DNA from: an uncultured virus (IMG/VR IMGVR_UViG_3300021127_000003)
Lineage: Duplodnaviria; Heunggongvirae; Uroviricota; Caudoviricetes
IMG/VR virus record: IMGVR_UViG_3300021127_000003
DNA: 64,000 bases
Direction: 5' to 3' (one strand)
The notes under the pieces were generated by a model, which had not been told where the DNA came from, searched no databases, and was given only the letters and a program-made list of their open reading frames with translations. This document shows, piece after piece, positions 10,015-19,500 of the stretch (its first letter is position 1; each line of letters opens with the position of its first letter). The position numbers were made by a program, and so were the translations under genes.

Positions 10015-10703
10015 ACTTCTAAGGGTAATAAATGCCCATATTTTTCTTCAAATACTAATTTATTTTCTTCCCAAAGGTCGTTAGTTTCGCCAATTGAAAG
10101 GTGTGTAACACGTATATTTGTACATAATCCTATCTTAACACCATTAATATGATTGTCCATACAAAATGTTAATTCGTAGAAATGGAAACCCTTAACATTT
10201 TCATCAAAAGTACATCTAATTCTATTTTTATGTACAGCAAAAAATAAACCATCAATTGTGATCATTTTTTTGAGGGTAATTCCTTGTGGTTTAGAATATT
10301 CGCTAACCCAAATTTTTTTACCATCTGAGTGATTAACAATACCATGCATGTTCTCTTTTATTTCCCACCATCTTCCATTGACTAACTTATTAGTTCCAGC
10401 TATACCGATTATACCGAATCCAGGATTCCTTGTAAAATGGTCACCTATTGCCATTCCCCAATTTTCTGTATGAAATATTAAATCATCATGACAAAAAACA
10501 ACAATATCATTTTTTGCTTTTTCTAAACCTTCGTTATATATTTGTGTTAACGATTTTTCACCATTATTCACAAAGGGTAAAATCTCAATTTTATTCCCAA
10601 GGCCAGATGTCATTTTTATATGATCAATATATTCTTCATCCAAAGCTCTGGTAGAAAAAACAACACTAATCTTCTTGCTCTGTATATTGCCTATTCTTTG
10701 CAT
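10011..10703 (-). CDS. GT2-like glycosyltransferase (Glyco_tranf_2_5 type)
   Basis: SLTQIYNEGL, VFCHDD, GIIGIAG, IDGLFFA, FDE...FHFY. Confidence 0.85.
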   Translation of the reverse strand: MQRIGNIQSKKISVVFSTRALDEEYIDHIKMTSGLGNKIEILPFVNNGEKSLTQIYNEGLEKAKNDIVVFCHDDLIFHTENWGMAIGDHFTRNPGFGIIGIAGTNKLVNGRWWEIKENMHGIVNHSDGKKIWVSEYSKPQGITLKKMITIDGLFFAVHKNRIRCTFDENVKGFHFYELTFCMDNHINGVKIGLCTNIRVTHLSIGETNDLWEENKLVFEEKYGHLLPLEV

Positions 10704-10962
10704 CCGTTTTAAATTTTAAAACTGGTATTATTTTATTTTTGAAAGCAACAAAATCAAAGGTGTTTTGAATCAAACCCAACTCTCTATCTAACACAGATAT
10801 TAATTTCAGAGCATCGTCTGTTGGGTCAAATACAAATGCATAAAGTACTTTATCCCCAACTTGAATCATATCTCCAGACCATACTCTTTTATACATTATT
10901 TGGTCGTATATATCAGCAGTTACGGCTTTATACGCTCTTATTTGTTGGTTAAAACATTCCAT
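10666..10962 (-). CDS. Hypothetical protein
   Basis: 98-aa ORF translationally coupled to dUTPase. Confidence 0.6.
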   Translation of the reverse strand: MECFNQQIRAYKAVTADIYDQIMYKRVWSGDMIQVGDKVLYAFVFDPTDDALKLISVLDRELGLIQNTFDFVAFKNKIIPVLKFKTDAKNRQYTEQED

Positions 10963-11516
10963 TATTTGACACCGCTACTTCCGAATCCTGTATCACCTCT
11001 TTCGCTTGATTCTAACGAAGAAGACTTCATAAATACGAGGTTATTATTTGTTTGAACTGGGGCAATAACAGCTTGAGCAATTCTATCACCGTTTTTGATT
11101 ATGAAATCTTCAGAACCAAGATTAATTAGTATTACACAAATTTCACCACGATATCCAGAGTCAACTGTACCTGGAGTATTTAATACAGTAATACCATTTT
11201 TCAAAGCTAAACCACTTCTTGGTCTAACTTGTAACTCAAAGTTTTCTGGGATTTGAAAATACAAACCAGTTGGCACTAAAGCTCTTTGAAATGGCTTCAA
11301 AACAGCATCCTCTTTTAAGAATGCTCTCAAATCAAAACCACTATCACCTTGTTTAGCGTAAGCTGGATCCTGATTTGTTGACTGATTTACAAATCTAATC
11401 TTAAGTTTCATTACATTGTCAACATAAACCCAGTCTTTGACTAAATTATTTGCGTTTTCAAGTATTTTTTTGATATCTTGATCTAAGATATTAAATTCAT
11501 CTAAATTATTTTCCAT
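10962..11516 (-). CDS. dut: Trimeric dUTPase
   Basis: All five motifs: SGFDL, RPRSGLA, GTVDSGYRGE, GDRIAQ, RGDTGFGSSG. Confidence 0.97.
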   Translation of the reverse strand: MENNLDEFNILDQDIKKILENANNLVKDWVYVDNVMKLKIRFVNQSTNQDPAYAKQGDSGFDLRAFLKEDAVLKPFQRALVPTGLYFQIPENFELQVRPRSGLALKNGITVLNTPGTVDSGYRGEICVILINLGSEDFIIKNGDRIAQAVIAPVQTNNNLVFMKSSSLESSERGDTGFGSSGVK

Positions 11517-11733
11517 TTTTATTTATATACATTAAAGTTATGTTAACTAATTCATTAATTTCTTGAGGATCTTCAATATTAAGTTCAGTTTCAGGTAATA
11601 TAAATCTTGAATCGATACCATTAATATACAAAGAAAAGTATTTATTTTGTTTATCCAATGGGTGCTCGAACTCTTTGACTTTCAATTCTAATTCTGGTCT
11701 TTTTTCAATTAAAGCGTTTAAAAAATTACTCAT
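11506..11733 (-). CDS. Hypothetical protein
   Basis: Likely start is ATG at 11733 (MSNFLNAL...), overlapping the end of the HD gene; the track's longer start overlaps the HD gene extensively. Confidence 0.6.
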   Translation of the reverse strand: MSNFLNALIEKRPELELKVKEFEHPLDKQNKYFSLYINGIDSRFILPETELNIEDPQEINELVNITLMYINKNGK

Positions 11734-12319
11734 TTGTATTAGGTTTGGTTGAATCTTTATATTCTTTTTTTTCAAGCATAATAGCCCATTCAAGAGAGTG
11801 TCTCAATAATCTTGAAAGTGATTCAGAGTGCCATTTAACCATCAAATCTGAATTATCATTTTTATCAAAACTAAGTATTGCTTGATGTTCTTCCTGTGTT
11901 AGTTTATCGTTATTTCCACAATTATAGATATACCATAAAGATCTTTCACCATTTGTCATAGATACAAGATCTTCGTTAAATTCATACATTTTACCAAGAT
12001 TCTTTTTGTGCCATTCACTCTTGTTTGGTGTGTATAAATTTAATTTACCTAAATCATGTAAAAAACAAACTTTTACAACGCTTTCTTTAGATGGTCTTAA
12101 AGGTTCTGGTATACCATTTAAAAGGTTTAAAGCAATTTTTGTTGTTTCTATTATATGATCAACAAGACCACCTTCATATGCATAATGCATAGATGTGGTT
12201 GTTGATGCTGGGCATTCAAATAAACCATTTAATTCCAAAAAATCCAATAAATCTTTTGAGCATACATTATATTTGTTAGCTATTGCTAAAAATGTTTTTT
12301 TATCGTTCTTCCTTTTCAT
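11726..12319 (-). CDS. HD-domain phosphohydrolase (YhaM-like HD domain)
   Basis: PAS...HYAYEGGLVDH and LHDLGK motifs. Confidence 0.85.
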   Translation of the reverse strand: MKRKNDKKTFLAIANKYNVCSKDLLDFLELNGLFECPASTTTSMHYAYEGGLVDHIIETTKIALNLLNGIPEPLRPSKESVVKVCFLHDLGKLNLYTPNKSEWHKKNLGKMYEFNEDLVSMTNGERSLWYIYNCGNNDKLTQEEHQAILSFDKNDNSDLMVKWHSESLSRLLRHSLEWAIMLEKKEYKDSTKPNTNE

Positions 12320-12320
12320 A

Positions 12321-13547
12321 TTATTTATTTAATAAATTTAAATATATTTCACCTCTTGTTTTAGTAACATTATTAAGGTTGTATTTATCTTTTACGGTTT
12401 CATATAATTTTTCACCAAGATCTTTAACCATTTGTGGGTTATCGATTAACTTCTTAACATATTTTTGCCACTGTTTATGATTTTTAGATGGGTCAACAAG
12501 TAAACAATTACCATTAGGGTCTATTTCACCACCTGATTTTATTGCACTTACTAAATCGATAGTATAAGGGCCGTAATTTTGAGCAATAATTGCTTTCTTA
12601 TGGAATCCAGCTTCAATAACTTTAAGTTGAGATTTATATAAGTTGAATTTATTATCTACAAGTGGAGCTAATGATACATCAAAAAGATTATAGTTCTTAG
12701 CATATTGGTTGATGGATTTAGTCCAAACTCTTCTATAAGGCATATTGGAATCATCAAAAGATTTATCCTCTTTAAATTGTACAAGGAATTTTACATAATC
12801 AGGATATGACTCTAACATACGATAATTATCTGTCATGAATAACTCGTACATGAACCAAACAGTTTCTGTTGGATTCATTTGTCTTTCTTGTACTTGACCT
12901 GTTTGAGGGTCGATTTGCCTTACGCTACCTCTTGTATCAAAACCACATAAAACAATTTGTGATTTATTATTGTATTCACCAATTGATGATATACCTTTTA
13001 TTAATTCTAAATCCTTGATATGTGAGCTACCACCTAACCAACCAATTCTTAATTTCTCACTTTCTGATGGTTTACTTTTGAATTGTTCCTCTGTTGGATC
13101 TAAAGCATTGGCTAAGACAACAACATTCTGGTTGAATTGTTTAACTTCGTTAGCTAATATACTTGTTGGTACAACAACCAAATCAGCTAATTTTAAACAG
13201 TTTATAGATATTTGTGGAATACCCTCTCTTTTCACTTGTTCATACAAACCGTGAGAAGGGTCAAGATGCCAATAGTCATCAATATCAATAATAACTTTTA
13301 TGCCAAGTTTTTTTAAATTGGTAATGATGTTGATAGCATCTTTATAATTGTGTTGGGGAACCCTGTGTATAAACACAGCGCTAAATTGTTTCAAATATGT
13401 GAAATCACTGAAATCAACAGCGTTATTTATTTCTACGAAAAAATCATTCGGAAATAATTCTTGTAATTTAATATGTGGGTCTACACATCTATATTTACCA
13501 GATCCAGCATTATCGCCAGGGGCAACTAATATTTTATACGTACTCAT
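12321..13547 (-). CDS. Glycosyltransferase, GT-B fold (GT4-like)
   Basis: GSGKYR, DIDDYW, LANALD, RIGWLGGSSH..DL, DVSLAPL...FN..KSQLKVIEAG. Confidence 0.85.
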   Translation of the reverse strand: MSTYKILVAPGDNAGSGKYRCVDPHIKLQELFPNDFFVEINNAVDFSDFTYLKQFSAVFIHRVPQHNYKDAINIITNLKKLGIKVIIDIDDYWHLDPSHGLYEQVKREGIPQISINCLKLADLVVVPTSILANEVKQFNQNVVVLANALDPTEEQFKSKPSESEKLRIGWLGGSSHIKDLELIKGISSIGEYNNKSQIVLCGFDTRGSVRQIDPQTGQVQERQMNPTETVWFMYELFMTDNYRMLESYPDYVKFLVQFKEDKSFDDSNMPYRRVWTKSINQYAKNYNLFDVSLAPLVDNKFNLYKSQLKVIEAGFHKKAIIAQNYGPYTIDLVSAIKSGGEIDPNGNCLLVDPSKNHKQWQKYVKKLIDNPQMVKDLGEKLYETVKDKYNLNNVTKTRGEIYLNLLNK

Positions 13548-13559
13548 AATTACTTTTAA

Positions 13560-13590
13560 TAATAGTAATAAAAAAATACGTAAAAAACAA
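13560..13590 (-). promoter_or_regulatory. Bacteroidota-type early promoter for the glycosylation/nucleotide operon
   Basis: Minus strand TTG-N20-TACTATTA, 12 nt upstream of the ATG at 13547. Confidence 0.6.
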
Positions 13591-13602
13591 GTTTTGTATA
13601 AA

Positions 13603-13629
13603 AAAAAGGAGCTTTAAAGGCTCCTTTTT
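13603..13629. terminator. Intrinsic terminator, bidirectional shape
   Basis: AAAAAGGAGC-TTTAAAG-GCTCCTTTTT hairpin just past the stop of 13631..13819. Confidence 0.85.
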
Positions 13630-13630
13630 A

Positions 13631-13819
13631 TTAATTTACATCTTTTACAGCTTCATCGAATTTTCCTTCTTTGGCGGCATCGATAAAATCTTTAAATTGT
13701 TTTTTTGACCAGGTTGTTACGCCTTCAGGGCCTTTTTCGTCACCAAGTTTAATTTCATTTTCATAAATTTCAACAACTGGGCAACATTTTGCTTTGCAAA
13801 AAGTGATAGTCTTACTCAT
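13631..13819 (-). CDS. Small DUF397-like protein
   Basis: CCPVVEI...IKLGDEKGPEG.TTWSKKQFKDFIDAAKEGKFD resembles DUF397 CVEVA..V.VRDSK.P.G..L.F...W..F....K.G.F. Confidence 0.55.
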   Translation of the reverse strand: MSKTITFCKAKCCPVVEIYENEIKLGDEKGPEGVTTWSKKQFKDFIDAAKEGKFDEAVKDVN

Positions 13820-13820
13820 A

Positions 13821-14504
13821 TTATTTTTTTATTGTTTTTAAACTTTTTATTGTACCACCAAAGGTTTTTTCTCCGATTTTAATTTGAATATTTTCATTGA
13901 TATTGGTTTGCTCACTCACTTGTTTCAATGTTTCTTCAACAGTTTTTTTAATTACAAACTCAAGTAATTGCATATCCATACCGCCCCCAGATTGTGTTGT
14001 TCTTTCTTCATATACTGGTTGTGGTTTAGCTTTTGGTTTTTGTTCATATGATGGTGCTGGTCGAGCAGATTGTTCTTTTTGATGAACCTTTTCAAAAATT
14101 GTTTCCATACCAAGTGGTTGAGTCGGATCAATCATTGGTTTCTTGAGAAAAGACTCTACTATTTCTTTTGGCATGCTTGTGCTATTTAAATTTTTATAAG
14201 GTCTATATTGTGCGTTTTGTTGAGATGATTGTTGAGGTATCATTGGTATTTCTCTTTCGTTATCTTCATACAAATCATATCTTTGTTGTTTAGGAGCTGG
14301 TGCACCCATACGTCTAACTTGATCTTCAGTAAGATATTGTGTATTATCAACATCCATATTATCATACTGTTCTTCAGTATATACTTGTCTACCACCACCA
14401 ATAGATTTATTACCTGTTGGTGAGATGGTTTCAGTTTTTTCCATAACTTTTTTTGCTTTTGCTATACTTTGAGCAATAAAATCTATTTTATCTTGTCTTT
14501 CCAT
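13821..14504 (-). CDS. Hypothetical protein, low-complexity Q/P-rich centre
   Basis: 227-aa ORF in operon. Confidence 0.75.
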   Translation of the reverse strand: MERQDKIDFIAQSIAKAKKVMEKTETISPTGNKSIGGGRQVYTEEQYDNMDVDNTQYLTEDQVRRMGAPAPKQQRYDLYEDNEREIPMIPQQSSQQNAQYRPYKNLNSTSMPKEIVESFLKKPMIDPTQPLGMETIFEKVHQKEQSARPAPSYEQKPKAKPQPVYEERTTQSGGGMDMQLLEFVIKKTVEETLKQVSEQTNINENIQIKIGEKTFGGTIKSLKTIKK

Positions 14505-15207
14505 ACAAATTTTGTACCCATTTAAAGAACCCTGAGCTATAGCTTTCCTCTATAGGCTCATAGCTATCAAGGTTTTGTTTTATTTTTTGAACCTTTTTAA
14601 TTTCATCTGGTGTATATAAACCTTGTTTCTTTGGTTGATTAGGTTTTTCAGGTTCCTTCTGTAAATTAGGTTCTTGTGGTTCTTTTGGTTCCTCTAATGA
14701 TTTGTCTTGTTGTCTTAATACCTTAGCTTTATTTAAATCAAAATAAACTAAAGCTTTACCGCCAAGCGCATTTATATTACTTTGTCCAGTATAATTTCCA
14801 ACAGGAAAACCACTTGACACATTATTTCCAGTAGCACCCTTTTTACTTGGAACATCAAAATAATCAAATTCATTATTACCTTTATATCTCAACTGAACAT
14901 TACTCATTTCGTCAAGTCTGAAACTTTTCCAGTGTGGTTTACCACCTTTGGTTGTACTACCAACAGCTTTTGTATCTGTATTTGTAATACCACCCCACTG
15001 AAAAGCAGATAATAACATATTTTTACTATTTTTATGAATAAACAATTGTGTGGGTTGCACATATCGTAAACCTTGTTCTTTTCGGTCAGCGTTTCTTTTC
15101 TGCCTTTGAGCAAAATCAACACCTTTATAAAAAAACACAATTTCAATACCACGTTCTATGGCAAATTGTAATAAAGCCTCTTTATCAGTTGGTATTGTAT
15201 TATTCAT
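14488..15207 (-). CDS. Stand-alone WYL-domain protein
   Basis: IVFFYKG...RYVQPTQLF...LLSAFQ...WKSFRLDEMSNVQL matches the WYL pattern (R.V.P...YL.A......R.FRLDRI); no HTH seen. Confidence 0.65.
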   Translation of the reverse strand: MNNTIPTDKEALLQFAIERGIEIVFFYKGVDFAQRQKRNADRKEQGLRYVQPTQLFIHKNSKNMLLSAFQWGGITNTDTKAVGSTTKGGKPHWKSFRLDEMSNVQLRYKGNNEFDYFDVPSKKGATGNNVSSGFPVGNYTGQSNINALGGKALVYFDLNKAKVLRQQDKSLEEPKEPQEPNLQKEPEKPNQPKKQGLYTPDEIKKVQKIKQNLDSYEPIEESYSSGFFKWVQNLYGKTR

Positions 15208-15244
15208 TATCTATAATATTAATAGTTTTTATTAATTTGTAAAG

Positions 15245-15472
15245 TTATTCTGGGGTTTTATATTCGTTGTTTGCACCGTAATAATTGATAGCTTCGAGGG
15301 TGTTTCTTTGTTGAATATCAATTGGTGTACCGTTACCTTCACTAATTACCTCATTATTTGTTGCACCATACTCATTTGAGTTTGGCTTGAATTTATTTAC
15401 AGCTTCAAGTGTGTTTTCTTGAATTTTAGCGGTATCTCTAAGTTGAGTTGACGCTGGTGTTCTATTATCCAT
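15245..15472 (-). CDS. Small hypothetical protein with internal duplication
   Basis: Q.NTLEAVNKF..NSNEY and QRNTLEAINYYGANNEY repeats. Confidence 0.7.
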   Translation of the reverse strand: MDNRTPASTQLRDTAKIQENTLEAVNKFKPNSNEYGATNNEVISEGNGTPIDIQQRNTLEAINYYGANNEYKTPE

Positions 15473-15474
15473 AA

Positions 15475-15951
15475 TTAATCAATTAAATATATTATTTTTT
15501 TTATTTTATTAATTTGCTCCATCAATGCGCTATTAGTCATTATATCTGGATAAGCTCTAACTTGTGGAGGTTTTATAGCATTTATTAATTTATTGTTGTC
15601 TGAATGTTGTCTGAATTGATTTGTTAATCCAGCATTGGTATGGTGAGTTTTCCTATCCTTAATTTCACCTCTTGCATCTGCTAAGGTTCTTTCAACCCAA
15701 TTCCTAAAATTCTGGCCACCATTTAATTCGTATTCAACACTGTTATTTTGGTCAGGAATGAAATGGTCAAAAAAGTTTTTAATCCTTTTCATTTGTTCAT
15801 AAGTACAGGAACGATTTTTCAACAAAAATTGTAATCTTTTGTAACCAGACGTATCTTTTCTGTCTGGATATTTGTTGTATATTCCAGTCAATTCTAAGTA
15901 TATTTTTTCAGGTATGTTGAAAACCATACCTCTTAACTGAGAATTTGCCAT
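15475..15951 (-). CDS. Hypothetical phage protein, possibly head-associated
   Basis: 158-aa ORF; ends LMEQINKIKKII. Confidence 0.7.
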   Translation of the reverse strand: MANSQLRGMVFNIPEKIYLELTGIYNKYPDRKDTSGYKRLQFLLKNRSCTYEQMKRIKNFFDHFIPDQNNSVEYELNGGQNFRNWVERTLADARGEIKDRKTHHTNAGLTNQFRQHSDNNKLINAIKPPQVRAYPDIMTNSALMEQINKIKKIIYLID

Positions 15952-16499
15952 TATTTTAGATTTTCCATAATATGAGATAAAATCAAATGTTTTTCACCTG
16001 TATCCATATTATATTTAATAAATTCTAATATTTTGTCAAGTTGACCAAAAATTAGTTTATTATCATTTTTGATTTCATCGATACTTTTTGTGTTTTCAGC
16101 TTGTTTAGCAAAAACATCATTATATATTTGTCTTTTTGTTAATATGTCTTCGATAAGATCAATAGCTTTTTGTTTTCTAATGTCTTTTAAAGTTTCTTGA
16201 AGGGATTTTTCGTCTTTAGTAAAATATTCTTCAAAGGTAGCTTCAGCACCTTTAGTTTTCAAAAACTCGTAGAATTTTTTAGGATCTTTAGCGTGTTTAT
16301 CAGCCTCCTCATTATATGGGAGTTCAGATTCACCATAATAACGTCTGTAGTTAACGAACACAAATGGCTGTGCAACCATCCTCATCATCTTGTCAGATGT
16401 TATATGCGAGGTTGATTTAGCATTAAGTCCTGGCGGTATTTTAGAGTCTGGAATATTACCATCGCCATCTATAAACTCTTTTAAAACCTTTTTTTGCAT
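15951..16499 (-). CDS. Hypothetical phage protein
   Basis: 182-aa ORF preceded by two TATTTATA motifs (16501-16508, 16516-16523). Confidence 0.75.
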   Translation of the reverse strand: MQKKVLKEFIDGDGNIPDSKIPPGLNAKSTSHITSDKMMRMVAQPFVFVNYRRYYGESELPYNEEADKHAKDPKKFYEFLKTKGAEATFEEYFTKDEKSLQETLKDIRKQKAIDLIEDILTKRQIYNDVFAKQAENTKSIDEIKNDNKLIFGQLDKILEFIKYNMDTGEKHLILSHIMENLK

Positions 16500-16541
16500 T
16501 TATAAATATATTTATTATAAATATCAAAGAAAAGGTAAAAA

Positions 16542-19500
16542 TTATATATTTTCTATCTCAACCACCCTATCTAACCCTGGAACAGTAAAGTTTATTTTAT
16601 CATTAAACCAGAAATTTGGATTATAATTCATTTTTTTCCAGTAAACATTTTCAAGTTCCGATGGTGTAAATAAATCTTGTATAGTATCTTGGTCAGCCTC
16701 TTTATATGGTATACCATTGATTAGCTTCAACTCATTTTTTAAATAATCCTTTTTATCTGAAGGGTTTTTTAATAGTAAACCAGCTCTAATATCTTCACTA
16801 AAGACAACTAAAAGCGGTTTGATTCTCTTGTTGAAAGCATCCAAATATTTTGCTACATTGTACTCACCTAACATATCTGGTTTATCTTCCAATTCTTTGC
16901 TATCTAACATATAACAATTTAATTTATTTATCGATGTTAGACCCACTGGTGATTTACCATAATGAGTTATATGATCTTCTATATCTTTTTCTGACCAACC
17001 TTTTTTTGTAACTTTTACTGTTTGAATATCGCCTTGAGTTAATTTTGTACCATTATTAACGTAATATAAAGTATCTCCAAGATTAATATTTAATTTATTG
17101 ATTATGGCTAATTCCATATGAGCTTGCTTTGGTAATGGTTTACCGTTCTTGTTAAGCCCACGATTTTTATAATCTTCTAAAGTTTTTTTAACTCTTGCTT
17201 TTGTTGCAATTTTTGAAAGTGGAATTTCTTTATTATATATTTTTTGAACGTAGGTATTGTAGTAGTTAACAAATTCAGAACCTTTTTCATTTAATAGTAA
17301 AACCAAGGCTTTATCCAAAAATTCTTCAATATAGGCTGGCATTTTTTTAGATTTGATACTATTACCAGTCAATTTTACTTTACCACTATCTTCAAGTAAG
17401 GCATAGTTTTTACGAGCAAGATTTATGGTTGACGGCCATGTACCATCCAAACTTAATGCCATTTCACCTTTCATGAATAAATCATTAAATTCAGCAATCA
17501 CTGCATCAACTCCTGTGTATTCTTTATCTTTAATTACAGCTTCATTATTACCCAGACCAATGTATCTAAAATTTTCCTCTCCAGATTCTGGTGCCATAAA
17601 GTTAACACCATCCGTATCAAGTACTAATGGTTCATAACCTTTAGCCATAAAAAATTTAACCATTATCCTTAAGTATTGTCTTGCTCTCGCAGTAATACCT
17701 TCAGCAACATCCATTTCAGCCCAGTTAAATGCTGTTGGTGCTCCAAGGGCACCGAACATTGAGTTGATGAATATTTTCAGAGGTAATTGTTTACGGTCAT
17801 AAAAACTTTTCATTTGTTTATCACCAGCTTTACCGTATTTCTTAGCGAGATTCTTTGCTTTAAAACGTTCAGAGTGAAAATATTTAAGTAAAGATTTCAT
17901 TACATGTGTTATATCACAAGATGGGAACACCTCATGTGCAAGCTGTATAGAAGGATAAAGAGATGAATAGTCCATCTTTCTTAATTTCTTAGAAAAACCA
18001 ACTTTAAACAGTCTTGATAATCCACCAACGAAATCTCGTTTTTCATCATTTATTGGAATTGCTAAATCATTTTCATAAGACCATGTTAACATCAACATTT
18101 TCCATAGTCCAGCAGTACCCATTGTAGATACTCTTTGATAACTTGTTGGTATTAATTTAGCCAACATAAATGATGATTGATTGTAAATATTATCAACTTC
18201 GAGTGTTTCCCAAAGGTCATCCATCAAGTATCTGTTAACAATATATTTACCATCACATTCTACAAAACTATCACAATAAACCTTTAATAAGTTTAAAGAA
18301 TTTTGTAAAAATTTGAAGGTTTTTGGAGCTTTTTCCTGTAATTTAGCTAAACCTGTACCAATACCAGAAGAAGGTATAACAATACATTTACCTTTCTTTA
18401 TTTCGTTAATTATAATTTTTAGGTCGAGATTTATTTTCTTTTTATTTAATTCAAACTCATCATCATTATAATAACAATCATCAGTTGTACCTGGCGCTTT
18501 TTTTGTGACAATACCAATAGAGTTTTTTTCGTTTCTCGTTTCTTTGGCCTGACCACCAAAACCTTCTCTTAGATCATTATCACCGAAAATAAATATTTTG
18601 TCTGGATTATCTTTAACAATCTGTCTCGTGATAAAATCCATATACTCAACTTTTGGTTTAATTTCAGAATATGAACCACTTTTATCATCAAAATAATATT
18701 TCTTGTCGCTTTTCCAATATTTTCCAATATTTTCACCAACGATGTATACACGATTTGATTTAGCAACATCATTATATTTACAAACATATTTCAATCTGGT
18801 AAATTTCATATCAGAATCAATAGCTTGTGCTCTTCTGGTTGAGTGGTTAATATCGATAATACTATATCCGAACATATTTGTTTGGATATATCTTTCAACC
18901 TCGTTACCAAGTTTTAGTATTTGTTCAGTAACGTATATTTGTTTATCTTTTTTCAGAGTCTTTGCGATATTTTCAATATCAATACCAAGAATTTGACATC
19001 TTTTGAATATGAAATACCAGTCAAAGTTTGCACTATTGTAACCACCAATGATAGTTGGTTTTATTGCATCGATTTCATTGAAGAATTGTATAATCCCATT
19101 TTTTTCAGATTCAGGGTCGTTTATGTCGATTTCAATCAATTTTTCATATCCTTTATTAGTTTTACAACCAATCAAAAATATTTTTTCTATATTTGGATCC
19201 AAGCCTGTTGTTTCCAAGTCAAAAATAAGTTTTGTCAACTCATTATAATCTTCAATACCTTTATATAAACGATTACCAGTACTGATAAAATACTGTTCAA
19301 TTGGGGATAATATTGTAAAATATTCCTTTAAATTAATTCTCTTTTCAAACTTGTTGTAGAAATTTATACCACCATCAGCAAAAAATGATAGCATTCTTTT
19401 GTGTCCTTGTTCACATGTAACTAAATATGTGTAACCATTCACTAATCTTGGGTGGTCATCGTGTCTTAGCTTTTTAATTTGGATGCCATACTCCTTCATT

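Noticed and set aside
11726..12319. HD protein as DatZ of a 2-aminoadenine (Z-genome) pathway
   Set aside because: Motifs fit YhaM-like HD domains and no PurZ gene is present in the window
2121..13547. Bacterial capsule/LPS locus (host contamination or prophage flank)
   Set aside because: No transport or polymerase genes (wzx/wzy/kps); genes are interleaved with phage-type PhoH, dUTPase and sigma factor and share the composition of the rest of the window
18282..18641. Polymerase insert as an intein or intron
   Set aside because: No Cys/Ser start, no HN/GN end, no endonuclease motifs; frame is continuous
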